NCBI RefSeq assembly: GCF_018350175.1
Contig: NC_058383.1
Span: 18,664,001 to 18,728,000 of the forward strand
Reading direction: 5' to 3'
Length of the DNA: 64,000 nucleotides
Origin: Felis catus
Lineage: Eukaryota
Shown here: one piece after another, positions 50,516 to 63,920 of the stretch
How positions within the stretch are numbered: the stretch's first letter is position 1
Layout: each line of letters begins with the position of its first letter
Notes under the pieces: model-generated
Told to the model about the DNA's origin: nothing
What the model saw: only the letters and a program-made list of their open reading frames with translations
Database searches by the model: none
Program-made: the position numbers and the translations under genes

Positions 50516-52049
50516 AAAAATGTTATCAAAGATTATTTCCCGGGGCGCCTGGGTGGCTCAGTCGGTTGAGCCTCCGACTTCGGCTCAGGTCATGATCTCA
50601 TGGTTTCATGGGTTCGAGCCCCACGTCAGGCTGTGCACTGGCAGCATGGAGCCTGCTGGGATTCTCTCTCTCTCTCCCTCTCCCACCTTGTGCTGTCTCT
50701 GTGTCTCTCAAAATAAGTTTAGTTTTTTTTTTTAAACTAAACTTAAAAAAATTTTTTTTCTAAACCATCACAACCCCTTCTTGATGCCATTAGACCCATA
50801 ATAAGGGTCAGATTTCAGTGAGTCCAGAGGATTTAGGTACACACTATAGCTTAGGAGGAAATAACTTACACAGTAAAAGGACAAGACTTGACCAAGACAT
50901 ATCAGCAAACACCTGGAGAATATGTATGGAAGGGGATCCTAAGGATATTAGGCCAAGTTGAGCAAAATAGAGCACTAGGTTGGGTCAAATTCTTTGATGT
51001 GGGTGCACTTACTAGAGAGTCTGGAGATGTGTCGACTCATGCAGATGGAAGTGGTCCTAACAGTTTACTTGGTAAGCTGACTGAAATTTAAACTCAGCAC
51101 TGGCCTACCGTAATGGAGTTGGGATGCCCGAGCTCCCTTCATAATGTGGAATAAAGAATCCAAAGGCTTAGCGAGATAGGAGTATCGGAGTAGACTTATC
51201 ACGTGCAATCAACATACCTCCCTCCTAACCGCATTCCACGACAATTCCTAGAAGATATTTCCTTCACTAAGGCATTGAGAAATACACCGGTGAGGAAAGT
51301 GCCTGCATCACTGAAAAATCTCTGTTGTTGCTCTGTGTTTGTGTAAGCCAGGTATTCCATAGAGGATTCACCACGCAATGGGTTCATCACGTGGGCTCCC
51401 TGATTTCGGTGAGGACAGGAACCTGAAGTAGCAGAGGCCATAGACAGTATATTTCCACCAAAGGTATGATGGGTACATCTGCTGTAAAGGGCAGCAGGGA
51501 CATACCAGTAATCAGAAGACTTTGGCCCACAGCAATCTTTGGCAGTGCCTGATTGGTCACCATGTTCTTAAGAACCAAAGGATGAGCAGCCTACTAAAAA
51601 GTTGTTTGATCTGTGTAACAGAAAAAAAAAATTTTGCTCTGGTAGCCAAGAAATCTAACTTGAGTCACTACATTGGGAAGCCACAGTCTCTCTCCCAGTT
51701 TCTAGACCTAAGTCAGCATAGACTCAGAGCACCTTGATTAAAAGGGAGATTACATCTCCTTGAGAAAGGAACTGTGGAGGTTTGTTGGAGTAACTGTGTA
51801 TTAGGGGAAAGAAAATACCCAGACCTTTTGAGAATTACTAGATACTGGCTCTGAATTGATGCTAATTCCTTGGGGGATCCAATGGTGCTATGGCCCACCA
51901 ATCAAGGTAGGGGCTGAAGGTGGTCAGGTAATAGATGGATTCTTAGCTGAAGTCCAACTCACAAGGGGATCAGCTGATCCATGGTCTCAACCTGTGGTTA
52001 TTTCCAAGTTCCTGAGAGTATACTTTTCTTTTATCTTTGTGAGGTATTT

Positions 52050-52442
52050 TTTTTCATTGAGTTTTTAATTTTAATTCCAGTACAGTTAACATACAGTGTT
52101 CTGTTAGTTTCAGGTGTACCATAGAGTGATTTAACAGTTTCATACATCAACCTGTGCGCATCACCAGAAGTGCACTCCTTAATCCCCATCACCCATCCCA
52201 CCACCCCTCTCCCTTCTGGTAACCATCAGTTTGTTCTCTATAGTTAAGGGTCTGTTACTCGGTTTGTCTCTGTCTCTCTCTTTTTCCCTCTATTCATTTG
52301 TTTTGATTCTTAAATTCCACATATGAGTGAAACTATATGGTATTTATCTTTCTCTGTCGTATTTCACTTAGCATTATACTCTCTAGTTGTGTCCATGTTG
52401 TTGCAATGGCAAGATTTCATTCTTTTATGGCTGAATAATATT

Positions 52443-52481
<39 letters not shown>

Positions 52482-55400
52482 CACATCTTCTGTATCCCTT
52501 CGTCTATCAATGGACACTTGGGCTGCTTCCATAATTTAGCTGATGTAAATAGTGCTGCAGTAAATGTAGGGGTGCACATATCCCTTTGAATTGGTGTTTC
52601 GTATTTTCTGCGTAAACACCTTGTAGCGCGATTACTGGATCATAGAGTAGCTCTATGTTTAACTTTTTGAGGAGGCTCCTTAATATTTTCCACAGTGGCT
52701 GTACCAGTTTGTATTCCAATCAATAGTACAGGAGGGTTCCTTTTTCTCAACATCCTCATCAACACTTGTTGTTTCTTGTGGTTTTGATTTTAGCCATTCT
52801 GACAGGTGTGAGGTGATAATGTCATTGTGGTTTTGATTTGCGAATCCCTGATGATAAATCATGTTGAGCATCTTTTCATGTGTCTGTTGGCCATCTGGAT
52901 ATTTTCTTTGGAGAATTGTCTGTTCATGTCTCCTGCCCATTTTCTAATTGGGTTATTTGCTTGGGGGCTGTTGAGTTCTATCAGTTCTTTATATATTTTG
53001 CGTACTAACCCTTTATTGGATATGTTATTGGCAAATATCTTCTTCCATTCAGTAGATTGCCTGTTAGGAGTTTTTTGTTTTTGCTTTTTTCACCTTATAG
53101 TTTTGTTGATTGTTTCCTTTGCTGTGAAGAAGCTTTTTATTTTGAGGAAGTCCCAACAGTTCATTTTTGCTTTTATTTCCCTTGCCTGAAGAAACATCTA
53201 GAAAAATGTTGCTATGGCCAATGTCAGAGAAATTACTGCCTGTGCTCTCTTCTAGGATTTTTATAGTTCCAGGTCTCACATTTACGTCTTTAATTCATTT
53301 TGAGTTTATTTTTGTGTGTGGTGAAAGCGGTCCAGTTTCATTGTACAGTTTCATGTTGTACAGTTTTCCCAACACCATTTGTTGAAGAACTATCTTTTTC
53401 CCACTGGACATTCCTTCTTGCTTTGTCAAATATCAATTGATCTTATAACTGTGGGTTTATTTCTGGGTTTTCTATTCTGTTCCATTGACCTATGTGCCTA
53501 TTGTGGTGCCAATACCATACAGATTTGATTACTACAGATTTGTGATATAACTCAAAGTCTGGAATTGTGATCCCTCCAGTTTTGTTTCTCTTGTTCAAGA
53601 TTCCTTGAGCTGTTTGGGGTCTTTTGCGGTTCCATACAAATTGTAGGATTGTCTGTTCTAGTTCTGTGAAAAATGCTGTTGGTGTTTTCATAGGGAGTTC
53701 ATTAAATCTGTAGATGGCTTTGGGTAATATAGACATTTTAACAATATTTGTTCTTTCAATCCATGAGCATGGGCTATCTTTCCATTTCTCTGTGTCATCT
53801 TCAAATTCTTTCATCAGCGTTTTATAGTTTTCAGAGTGCAGGCCTTTCACCTCTTTGGGTAAGTTTATTCCTGCTATTTTTTTTTTAAATTATTGGTGCA
53901 ATTGTAAATGGGATTGTTTTCTTAATGTCTCCTTCTGCTGCTTCATTATTAGCGTATAGAAATGCAACAGATTTCTGTACATGTATTTTGTTCCCTGTGA
54001 CTTTACTGAATGAATCGATCAGTTCTAGTGATTTTTTGGTGGAGTCTTTTCTATATATAGTATCATGTCATCTGCAAATAGTGAAAGTTTTACTTCAGTT
54101 TGGATGTCCTTTATTTCTTTTTGCTGTCTGATTGCCATGGCTGAGACTACTAAAGTACTACGCTGAATAAAAGGGGTGAGAGTGGACATCCTTGTCTTGC
54201 TCCTGACCTTAGGAGAAAAACTCTGTTCACTGTGGGTTTTTCATATATGGCCTTTATTATGTTAGGTACATTCCCTCTAGACCTACCTTGTTAAGGGTTT
54301 TTATCATGAATGGATGTTGTACTTTGTCCAGTGCTTTCTCTGCATTTATTGAAATGATCATATTGTTTGTATCCTTTCTCTTATTGATGTGATGTATCAT
54401 GTTGATTGATTTGTGAGTACTGAACCACCTTGCATCCTGGGAATAAATGTACTTGATCATGGCATACAGTTTTTTTAATGTGCTGTTGGATTTGGTTTGC
54501 TAGTATTTTCTTGAGGATTATTGCATCCATGTTCATCAGAGATACTGACATTGCAGTTCTCTTTTTTCGTGGTGTCTTTATTTGGGTTTGGTATCAGGCT
54601 AATACTGGCCTCATAGAATGAATTTGGAAGTTTTTCTTCCTCTTCTGTTTTTTTGGAATAGTTTGTGAAGCATAGGCATTAACTCTTCCTTAAATGGTTG
54701 GTGGGATTAACCTGTGAAGCCATCTAGTCCTGGGGTTTTGTTTGTTGGGAGTTTTTTGATTACTGATTCAACTTCATTGCTGGTAATCAGTCTGCTCAAA
54801 TTTTCCATTTATTCCTGCTCCAGTTTTGGTAATTTATGTTTCCAGGAATTCATCTATTTCTTCTAGGTTGGTCAATGTGCTGGCATATAATTTTTCATAA
54901 TATTCTCTTATAATTGTATTTCTGAGAAATTGTGGTGTTGGTTATTTTTCTTCTTTCATTTGTGATTTTGTTTGTTTGAGTCCTCTCTCTCTCTTTCTCT
55001 TTTTCTCTGTCTGATAAGTCTGGCTAGGGGGTTATCAATTTTGTTGATCTTGTCAAAGAACAGCTCCTGGGTGTTCTATTGATCTGTTCTATTGTGGGTG
55101 TTTTTGTTTGTTTTTATATCATTTATTTCTGCTCTAATCTTTATTATTTTCTTCCTTCTGCTGGTTTTGAGTTTTGTTGTTATTGTCATTGTCATCGTCC
55201 TTCTTCTTCTTCTTTTCTTCTTCTTCTTCTTCCTCTTCCTCCTCCTCCTCCTTCTCCTTTAGGTGTAAGGTTAGGTTGTTTATTTGAGATTTTTCTTGCT
55301 TCTTGAAGTAGGACTATATTGCCATAAACTTCCCTCTTAGAATCACTTTTGCTACATCCAAAAGATTTTTGGACCATTATGCTTTCATTTTCATTTGTTT

Positions 55401-55635
55401 CCATGTAATTTTTTTATTTATTCTTTGATTTCTTGGTTGGCCCATTCATTGCTTAGTAACATGTTATTTAAACTCCACAGATTTGTGCTCTTTCCAGACC
55501 TTTTGTCTTGTGGTTGACTTCTAGTTTCATAGTGTTGTGGTCAGAAAATATGCATGGTATGACTTTGATCTTTTTGATTCGTTAAGACTTGTTTTGTGGC
55601 CTAGCATGTGATCTATTCTGGAGAACGTTCCATGT
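52050..55635 (-). mobile_element. About 3.6 kb carnivore L1 (most of ORF2 plus 3' UTR), decayed
   Basis: Minus-strand ORF2 fragments ([37 protein letters not shown]); internal (TG)n and (TTC)n(CTC)n. Confidence 0.92.
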
Positions 55636-55710
55636 CAAGATCTCTGGCAATCCTAGAACACAACCCTACAGGCAGAAGTTGATTGGAACTGAGAAGCAGG
55701 TATCTCTTTT

Positions 55711-55748
55711 ATTCATTCATTCATTCATTCATTCATTCATTCATTCAT
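55711..55748. repeat. (ATTC)n microsatellite at a SINE tail
   Basis: About nine ATTC units next to the minus-strand SINE at about 55750-55960. Confidence 0.85.
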
Positions 55749-56599
55749 TATTTCTTTATTTAACATGTTTATTTTTGAGAGAGAGAGAGCTCACATGCAC
55801 ATGCATAACCTGGGGAGGGGCACAGAAAGAGGAGGACAGAAGATCTAAAGCAGGCTCTGTGCTATCAGCAGGGAGCCCAGTGCAGGGCTCAAACTCATGA
55901 ACCGTGAGATCATGACTGAGCCAAAGTCAAAGGCTTAACTGACTGAGCCATTCAGGGACCCCTTTTAGAGAGAGCGCATGCTGTCCAGTTTGTCACGGTG
56001 CCTCCTTGCTTCACTCTTTTTTATTACCAGCTTTCTCATGTAGGCATTTGAATTTGGTACCCTTCGTCTATTCTGACCTCTCCTTTTAGACAGAGACCGC
56101 GGCCTCAGAGGTCCAATCACTTGCTGTAGTCGGTAAACTTAGTAAAAGACAAAGGCAGAGCTAGAATTCTCTTCTTGGCCATATCCTGTTAGGCCTGTAT
56201 TGTTTCTGCTACCAGATGCTGTCTCTTCTTGAAAAACATTTTGGCATTTATGGGGGAAGAGTGTCCTTGTAGGATGTGTGTTGGGGAGATAGAGTCGAAT
56301 TTTCATCATAAGGAACATCTCATCTCGTTGCCCCAGCCACTCTCTGACATGTCTTAAGTGAGGAATATGCCCTCACTGTTTTGTATGAATGGAGTCCTAG
56401 TATCATTTGAGCCTCAAACTGGGACTACTTCTCAGATACACGCGGATAAAATGCCATGAACACTGGTGTAGTGCCTAAGGGTATTCCTGAGAACTGAAAA
56501 CTCCTCGCTTAACTCATCAATGAGTTTGTGGATGTTTAGTAGATATAATTACGTGGTTTACTCACTCCTTTCCCTAACTTTAGGGGTGTTACAATGACA

Positions 56600-59500
56600 T
56601 TTACTTATTTATATGTACATTCTTTATTTTGAACATAATTTCAAACTTACAAGGAAGTTGAAAGGCTACTACAACGAACTTCAGTATGAAGTTTACCCGG
56701 AATGGGGCCCCTGGCTGGCTCAGTCAGAACATGCAACTCTTGATCTTGGGGTTGTGAGTTTGAGCCTCACATTGGGTGTAGAGATTACTTAAACATAAAA
56801 TCTTAAAATAAACAAAAAAGAAAAATAAAGCTTATCCAGATCCACTAGTTAACATTGTGCCATATTTGCTTCATCATTTTTTGTGTGAACATAAAGCAAA
56901 TACATACACATAATTTGAACCAGTTGAAAGCAGGTTGGATATATCATATTCCTTTACCCCATAGAATACTTAAGTGCATATTTACTAAGAAGATACTTTT
57001 ACACATCTACAATAGTTATCACATTCAGGAAATTATCCTGGATGTATTATGCAGTCTATATTACAAATTTGTCCATTTTCTCCATGTCTTTTATAGCAGT
57101 TTTTTTTTTCTTCCTGGATCTAGGCCAGGATCTAGTTCACTTTTTTTTTTTTAATGTTTATTTATTTTTGACAGAGAGAGAGAGCGCGCGCGCGCGCGTG
57201 CATGAGTGGGGGAGGGGCAGAGAGAGAGGGAGACAGAGAATCCGAAGCAGGTTCCAGAGGCTCTGAGCTGTCAGCACAGAGCCCCACACGGGGCTTGAAC
57301 TCACAGACCACGAGATCATGACCTGAGCCGAAGTCGGACGCTCAACCGACTGAGTCACCCAGGCGCCCCTCTAGTTCATTTATTGTTAGTCATTTTAGCC
57401 TTCTTTAACCTGGAACAGTTCCTCAACCTTTCTTTGTCTTTCATGCCATGGAACAGTTTTGAAGAATACAGTCTTGCTATTTCTCCTGTATGTTTCTTTT
57501 TGTGTGTGTATGCATGTATATTTATACCTATTAACAGTATGGATGTATGGATTCCTCTTTTATTCAATGGGTTATAACCTATTACTATACTTCTATATTG
57601 TGGATCCTCAAACTGTGTCAGGTTTGGCCTCTTCACGATGGTTCCTATGTCCCTTTAATGCCCTAATACTTTTTTTAGTACTTACTTCCTGACACAACAA
57701 AATATTCCAAACTCCCTTGGTATCTTCCTTGCTCCTCCCCAAGCTGGAATCAGGAAGGAAGCTTCAAAGGGCCCTGGGACCTGGGATCTTTCTGTGGAAT
57801 ATTTAGAAGCCAAGATCTGGGAACTAGGTATGTGTAAATCAGTCAATCTATCATCTATTTTTCCCCCGTAAATCTTATACTGATATTTCCTGTTCCGATC
57901 CAGCCCCACTAAAGTTTTGCTCACTTATTTCCTTCCGTATTTGCTTTTCCCTACTTCCGCATGATAATCCTCCTTCTCAGCAATGTCTGTTTACTTGCAT
58001 GTTCAATCCCCATACCCAAGGTAATTTCAGAATTGCTATGCCACTATCACTATAGCAAACTTACTACTAAGAAGAACTTAAGGTTTGCAGTTCTTTTTTC
58101 TGTAGGCAGAGAGTGCCTGAAAGTTACCTGAATTAGTTCTATTTTTCCTCTTTCAGTGGGTCGCTTTCACTCATCTAAAATAGAGTTGGGATCGTTTATT
58201 TATGTCTATATTCTGATTTTAGCTACCGTCCATCTCTGTTGATTTCACTTTTTGAAGAGGTCGACCATTAGGGGCGCCTGGCTGGCTCAGTCGATGAAGT
58301 ATGAGACTTTTGATCTCGGGGTTGTGAGTTCAAGCCCCACGTTGGGCGTAGAGCTTACATTAAAAAAAAAATTGGGGCACCTGGGTGGCTCAGCCAGTTA
58401 AGCATCCAACTCTTGATTTTGGCCCAGGTCATGAACTCATGATGGAGCCCCTCGTCAGGCTCCATACTGAGCGTGGAGCCTGCTTAGGATTCTCTTTCTC
58501 TGCCTGTCCTCTGCTCATGCTTTCTTCTGCCTCTCTCTCAACGTAAACTTAAGAAAGAAAAGTTTTAAAAAAAGAAAGTGTTGACCATTAAACATGATTT
58601 GAAAAGTCCAAGTTATATGAAAAAGTATACTCAAAGAAGTGTCTTCCTCTCTCCAGAGCTCTGTTGTTTTCCTTTAAAAAAATTTTTTTTTAATGCTTAT
58701 TTATTTTTGAGGGAGAGAGACAGAGTGTGAGCGGTGGAGGGGCAGAGAGAGAGGGAGACACAGAATCTGAAGCAGGCAGGCTCTGAGCTGTCAGCATGGA
58801 GCCCAACATGGGTCTTGAACTCACAAACCGCCAGATAGCGACTTAAGCCAACGTCGGAAGCTTAACCGACTGAGCCACCCAGGCGCCCTCTGTTGTTTCC
58901 TTCCACAAGAACATAAACAACAACCCGGGAACCCTCATTAGGTAACCGATTTTATTAGTTTGGGGGTTATACTTTTTGTGCTTTCCTTTGCAAACATTTG
59001 CAGATACATTTGTTTCTTTATTTTCCCTTCTGTGAACAAGAGGTAGCACAGACTATAAACTTTGCTTTCTTCCTGGAAATCATTCCATATCAAATCACAG
59101 TGATATAATTTCTAAATTGCATATAGTAAGACAACGTTCCATTCATTTACCAAATAATTTGAGTAACTGTGTGCCAGCCACTGAGCTAGACATGAAAGAT
59201 AGGGCAATGAATAAATATAGTCCCTGCCCTTTATAACCTCGGGGTCCGTATAAGCAAAACCATGCCAGTACTCTGAGAGCCTGAAGGAGTGAGTCGGTAA
59301 CAGGCTGTTCAAAAGAATGGACACCTGAGCTTGACGAACGAGAAGGTAGGTGAAGAAACAGCACAAGTAAAGGAAGAGTTGGAAAAGAGCAAGGTGTGTC
59401 GTGAAAATGGGAGTTTCATGAGGCTAAAACTTAGAACTTGATGCAGGTGGAGGAGACGGAAGTGCCCATAAAGAGGCTGGAGAGGTGGCAGGGCACCCAG

Positions 59501-60350
59501 TGGTGCCAGTGTTACCAGGAAAACGCCAGATCTGTATTATTCAGGCATCCAGGAGACATAGTCTTTAAGCTACCACTCGGATCCATTTCTTTCATAAGTA
59601 TTCAATTGACTACCTGTACTGTGCGAGGCACTGCAGGTACAGTAAGAGTAGGATCCCAACTCTTAGGGAGCGGACACAAGCGAGACAGAATTAAAGGAGG
59701 TCTTAGAATGAAGCGGAGCAATTTGCCTGGCAAGCACATAGGAGGGGGAACCTAACACACTCGATGCCTGGAGTGAGACACGGGTGAAGGCATACTTCCT
59801 AAAAAGGAAGGGTGACTTTTAGCTAGATATTGTGCCTGTTTGTGGTAGAGGGTGTGGGAAGGCTTCCAATGCTAATGCCTGGAGTGAAGGAAGATTGAGA
59901 TACTGAAAGTTTCACTGGGATTAAGACCAGACTCATCGCTGCTCTACTCCGTTCTCCACATTGCAGAGTACTCCTCTAAAAACGTAAATCTGGTCTCTTC
60001 CTTTTCTGGGAAAGGCTCCCCACTACTTTGAGCATAATGTCCAAGTCTCTTTAAAATCTTGTCCCAGGTCTCATTTTTTTAAAACGTCTTTAATTTTGTA
60101 TTCCTGCCACGTTGACGTTTTATCTCACCACATCCTATTCCCCTTGCCTAGCAATTCATCACCCAACGCTGGATTCAGTGTAACTCCTATCTGTGCTCAT
60201 ACGCTTCACCTGATAGATCTCATCTAATTGTCTGGGTCTACAACTAGCTTAAACTCCTTGAAGACACGAAGCGGTCAAATTACAGTTGTATCCAGTGCAT
60301 CCAGCCTAATGTCCTAATGCCCAACTGATTTTGAATGGATGAAGCCTGGC
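56600..60350. mobile_element. Old L1 3' ends, L2 fragments and CAN-SINEs (56704, 57141, 58271, 58374, 58685)
   Basis: tttattttgaacataatttcaaacttacaagg (old L1 3' end, minus); cattcatttacc...tgtgccag (L2); SINE heads. Confidence 0.65.
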
Positions 60351-60649
60351 TTCATCGCAGAGGTGAGTATCAAGAATTTTGAATTAGACCCTAAGTACTT
60401 TGACCTTCAAACATTCTCTCCATCACTACAGTTTAAGGGTTCATTCTAGGGCACGGAGAACCCATTTAGGTTTTAAATCACTTACGTTTAAAATACTTCA
60501 GGATTTAGCATACATTTATCTACAGCATGCTGAGTGTCTATCAGTCTTTTATTTAAAGCAGACAAGGTCAAGAATAGATCCTCAAGAAGCCCACCACCAC
60601 CCCCCGAACAGGGGTAGTCGCTAGTCTATACCCGGGATTTCTTTGCACT

Positions 60650-62650
60650 TAGACTCCGCCCACGAGCACCCAAATGGCGGAAGAACTGCACGCTACGTCG
60701 TGACATCTCACACAAATGCGGAGGCATCCTGACGCTACGCCACCGGCGTGGGCGGGGCGGCCGGCTCTTCCTTCCTCTCGGCTACTTCGGCTCCTCCCCT
60801 AGCGCTTCACACGCTCATTGTGAAGCGACAGCGGGCATCAACCCCTAGGGCTGTTTGAGACCTAGGGATTCTAAATCTTTGGCGCGCGTGAGCGCCCGCG
60901 CTGCTCCTTCCCCACTCCAAAGGCTAGGGGTGCGAGATTCGCCTTTTTCTCTCTTCTCCCGCCCGGAGCCAACCGCCCCGGTGCGCGCGGACCTCTCGCG
61001 CCGCCGTTCCCTCCTGCCCGCCCCTCCCCCTTCGGGAGCTCCCGCCCGCGCGCTCCTCCTCTTTCCCCGGCGACGCGCACGCGCGCCAGGCCGGCTCGCG
61101 CCCTCTCGCTTTCCTCCGGCCCGCGGGACCCCCCTCCCCTTCCGCCTCGCGGCGCTTCCTCGAGCCGCGGTCGTCTCTGTCCACCCCCGACACCGCGGGG
61201 CTCCCCCCGCCCGCCAACGGCGGGTCCCCAGCTTCCCAATCCCCTTCGCTTCCCGCGCTCTCCGGCGGGGGCCTAGCCCCAGCCTCCTCTCTCCCTCCCT
61301 TCCCCCTAATTCCCCTTCCGGACGCTGCCATCATGTTGAAGCCTCAGCCGCCACAACAGACCTCCCAGCCCCAGCAGCCGCCCCCCACGCAACAGGCCGT
61401 GGCCCGCCGGCCTCCCGGGGGCACCAGCCCTCCCAACGGCGGCCTCCCGGGGCCCCTGGCCTCCACCTCGGCTCCCCCAGGGCCTCCCGCGGCCGCTACT
61501 CCCTGCTTGGGGCCTGCAGCAGCCGCCGGGAGCGGGCTCCGCCGGGGAGCCGAGGGCATTTTGGCGCCGCAGCCGCCGCCGCCGCAGCAACATCAGGAAA
61601 GGCCAGGGGCAGCGGCTATCGGCAGCGCCAGGTGAGGAGGGGTGGGTTTCCGGGCGCTGGAGGCTAAGCTGTGGGGCGGCGGCGGCCGCTCGGCTCCGGC
61701 CCAGCGGCCGGCACCCGAGGACACCGCGCGTGGCGGGTACCTAGCCTGGCCACCTTTGAGGGGCGCCCGGGGAAAGTGAGGAATTCCCGTGAGGCTGGGG
61801 GTGGGCCCCTTCAGGTCCTAACAGGTCAGAGGGAAGGGGTCCCCGGGCGGCCACCGGGACATTTAAGGGCCGTGCTCAGCTCTCAGAGCCTAGTCAGGGC
61901 TCGGGGCTCGGGCCTTAAGGGCAGGCGGGGCGCATCCCGCCAGCGCCGTCAGAACGAGGAGTTGGGGGGGTGAAGAGGTGATCGGGGTCCCCGGCTCCAT
62001 TACCACGAAGGGTCTCGCGGTCCCCGGCTTCAGCCAATGGGGAGTCAGCTGCGGGAAGGGGTCCCCGGCCGTAGCCAATGGAGGGGGGCGCGCGGCCCAC
62101 AGTTTGGCCAATGGGGAGGGAGGGACTTGGGAGCGGGTTGCTACCACCTCCTTCCCGGTCTGGCCAGTAGGAGGGGAGCGGGGTGGGCGGGGGAACGGAA
62201 GGAGGGACAAGTGGGAGGACTGCGGGCAGGGAACCTCCAGCGCGCGCGCGCTCTTCCCGTACGTGCGCGCGGATGTTCTGTCTTATGACCCGGGCATTCG
62301 TGAGCCGCGGGTAACCTACAGGGCAGGGTTTGGGAGTGTGCGTGGCGGGGTTCGCCTGGTGTTCGCGGATGAGTGGTGGGCACCCCACTCGGCTGCTTCT
62401 GCGTGTGGGTTAATGGACTTGAGAGTGGCGGTACACGCAGGCGCAGTGGGTTCTGGCCGCGGAGGGGGGATTTTGGAAGCCCGTGGGCTTTAATGCGCAG
62501 GCGCAGGCCGGGCGAGGCCTCCCGGTGGATGGCTTTTGCGGCTGCGCTGTCCCCCAGCCCCGCCAACGGCCCCCTCATCGCCCTCCTCAACCGCCGGTTA
62601 CATCAGCCAGCGAAGAGCAGGGTTACCGGGCGATCAGTGACCCCTCCCAG
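60650..62650 (+). promoter_or_regulatory. ATXN2L: CpG island and promoter of ATXN2L
   Basis: Very GC- and CpG-rich; YY1/ETS-like caaatggcggaag at 60671-60683; GC box ggcggggcgg at 60751-60760; spans exon 1 and part of intron 1. Confidence 0.88.
61333..61631 (+). CDS. ATXN2L: Ataxin-2-like protein, exon 1 coding part
   Basis: MLKPQPPQQTSQPQQPPPTQQAVARRPPGGTSPPNGG...AAAIGSA(R); gtgagg donor; 299 bp. Confidence 0.96.
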
Positions 62651-63149
62651 AGCGGGTAATATTGAATGAGTAAAAGAGGTCGAGAGGAGGGTGGGTCCTA
62701 AAAGGAGTACCCTCCTCCCAGAGTTTGGGGCGTAAGGCTGGTGAAAATGATTGTCTTTTCTGTTTTGAGAGGTAACGTGCGTAAACTGGGTAGTTCTGAA
62801 TCTGCTTTCACTTTTATGTTTGGGGTGGATTATTGGTTAACGATTACTGTAGCGTTTTGGGGGGAAGCCTGTAGTCCTGGCCCCTTGGAGGTGAGAAGGT
62901 TGTGTTGAATTGACAACCATTGCTGATTGAGGTCTGTTTTAGTGGCATTTGGAGGAAATGTGTTTACTGGCTTTTACTGTCTATGCCTTTCTTCCTCTGT
63001 AAGATGAGAGTTTGAAAATCTTGTTAATTGGTTTGTAGTCTAAATAGGCATGTTCACAGGGTATGTGATTGTCGGATACCACGTTCTTTGAAATAAATCG
63101 TATAAGAGGGATTAAACATTTTTAACTAGTTTTTTGTTTCCTCTCATAG

Positions 63150-63186
63150 GGGACAAAGCACAGGAAAGGGCCCCCCACAGTCACCG
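63150..63186 (+). CDS. ATXN2L: ATXN2L exon 2
   Basis: tcatag acceptor; GQSTGKGPPQSP; gtgagt donor; 37 bp. Confidence 0.94.
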
Positions 63187-63357
63187 GTGAGTGCCTCCTC
63201 ACACACACACCCCAAAGTACAGAGGTACATGTGGGCATATCCGACAGATTAGGTGCACAAATAGCTGGGCTCAGAATAAGAAATGATGTGAGGGGAGTGT
63301 GGATATTCAGAAGGAAGGGGAGGTGTCAAGTGTCTATTTCTTCTGTGTTACTGACAG

Positions 63358-63414
63358 GTGTTCGAGGGTGTTTACAGCAATTCCAGAATGCTGCATTTTC
63401 TTACAGCTGTTGTG
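63358..63414 (+). CDS. ATXN2L: ATXN2L exon 3 (start of Lsm domain)
   Basis: tgacag acceptor; VFEGVYSNSRMLHFLTAVV; gtaagt donor; 57 bp. Confidence 0.95.
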
Positions 63415-63499
63415 GTAAGTGGGTTCCTAGCCCGTAGGTTGTTTGAGGGATGTAGTACGCCAGTTTGCTGGAGACACTCTTCTTATTCCTCTGTTCCAG

Positions 63500-63571
63500 G
63501 GCTCCACTTGTGATGTGAAGGTGAAGAATGGTACCACGTATGAAGGTATCTTCAAGACTCTGAGCTCAAAG
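63500..63571 (+). CDS. ATXN2L: ATXN2L exon 4
   Basis: ttccag acceptor; GSTCDVKVKNGTTYEGIFKTLSSK; gttagt donor; 72 bp. Confidence 0.95.
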
Positions 63572-63920
63572 GTTAGTGGACTCAAATTAGCTTATTTTTG
63601 CAGTGGCATGTAAGGAGAATGAAACAGACTCACTGAAGATGTGAGTTGAGTGGTGTTGGACAGGCTTGTGGTGTGTGCTACTCATTTCTCTAGGCCTGTA
63701 CCAGAGTAGTGCTGGAAGCACTGAAAAAATGTGGATTGGAAAATTGAGGGCTGGGTACTTTAGTGTTAAAATACTAGTCCTGTGGCTAATGTTCAGAAGA
63801 CTATTTGTGTGACTGTGGTGTTGGAAAAAGGTTAGAAAGGGTAGGAGAAAAATAGTCCTATTTTGACCATCACATTTCTTGATATTGACCCTTTACTGTT
63901 GGGAAATGGGATTTTTATAG

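Larger units (their letters stand above)
41320..52020 (+). mobile_element. ERVL internal gag/pro remnants in pieces (about 41320-41660, 49400-49920, 50760-52020)
   Basis: Gag-like PGEYVWKGILRI (near 50910); protease motif LLDTGSELMLIP at 51835-51870. Confidence 0.75.

Noticed and set aside
2403..59049. Dozens of 60-120 aa ORFs such as [13 protein letters not shown]... and ...WDRERQSMNGGGAEREG
   Set aside because: They are translations of CAN-SINE copies, not genes
60855..62669. 270-aa ORF and other long overlapping ORFs in the CpG island
   Set aside because: GC-rich DNA is depleted of stops; the products are low-complexity R/P/G/A, and only the 61333 frame splices into ATXN2L
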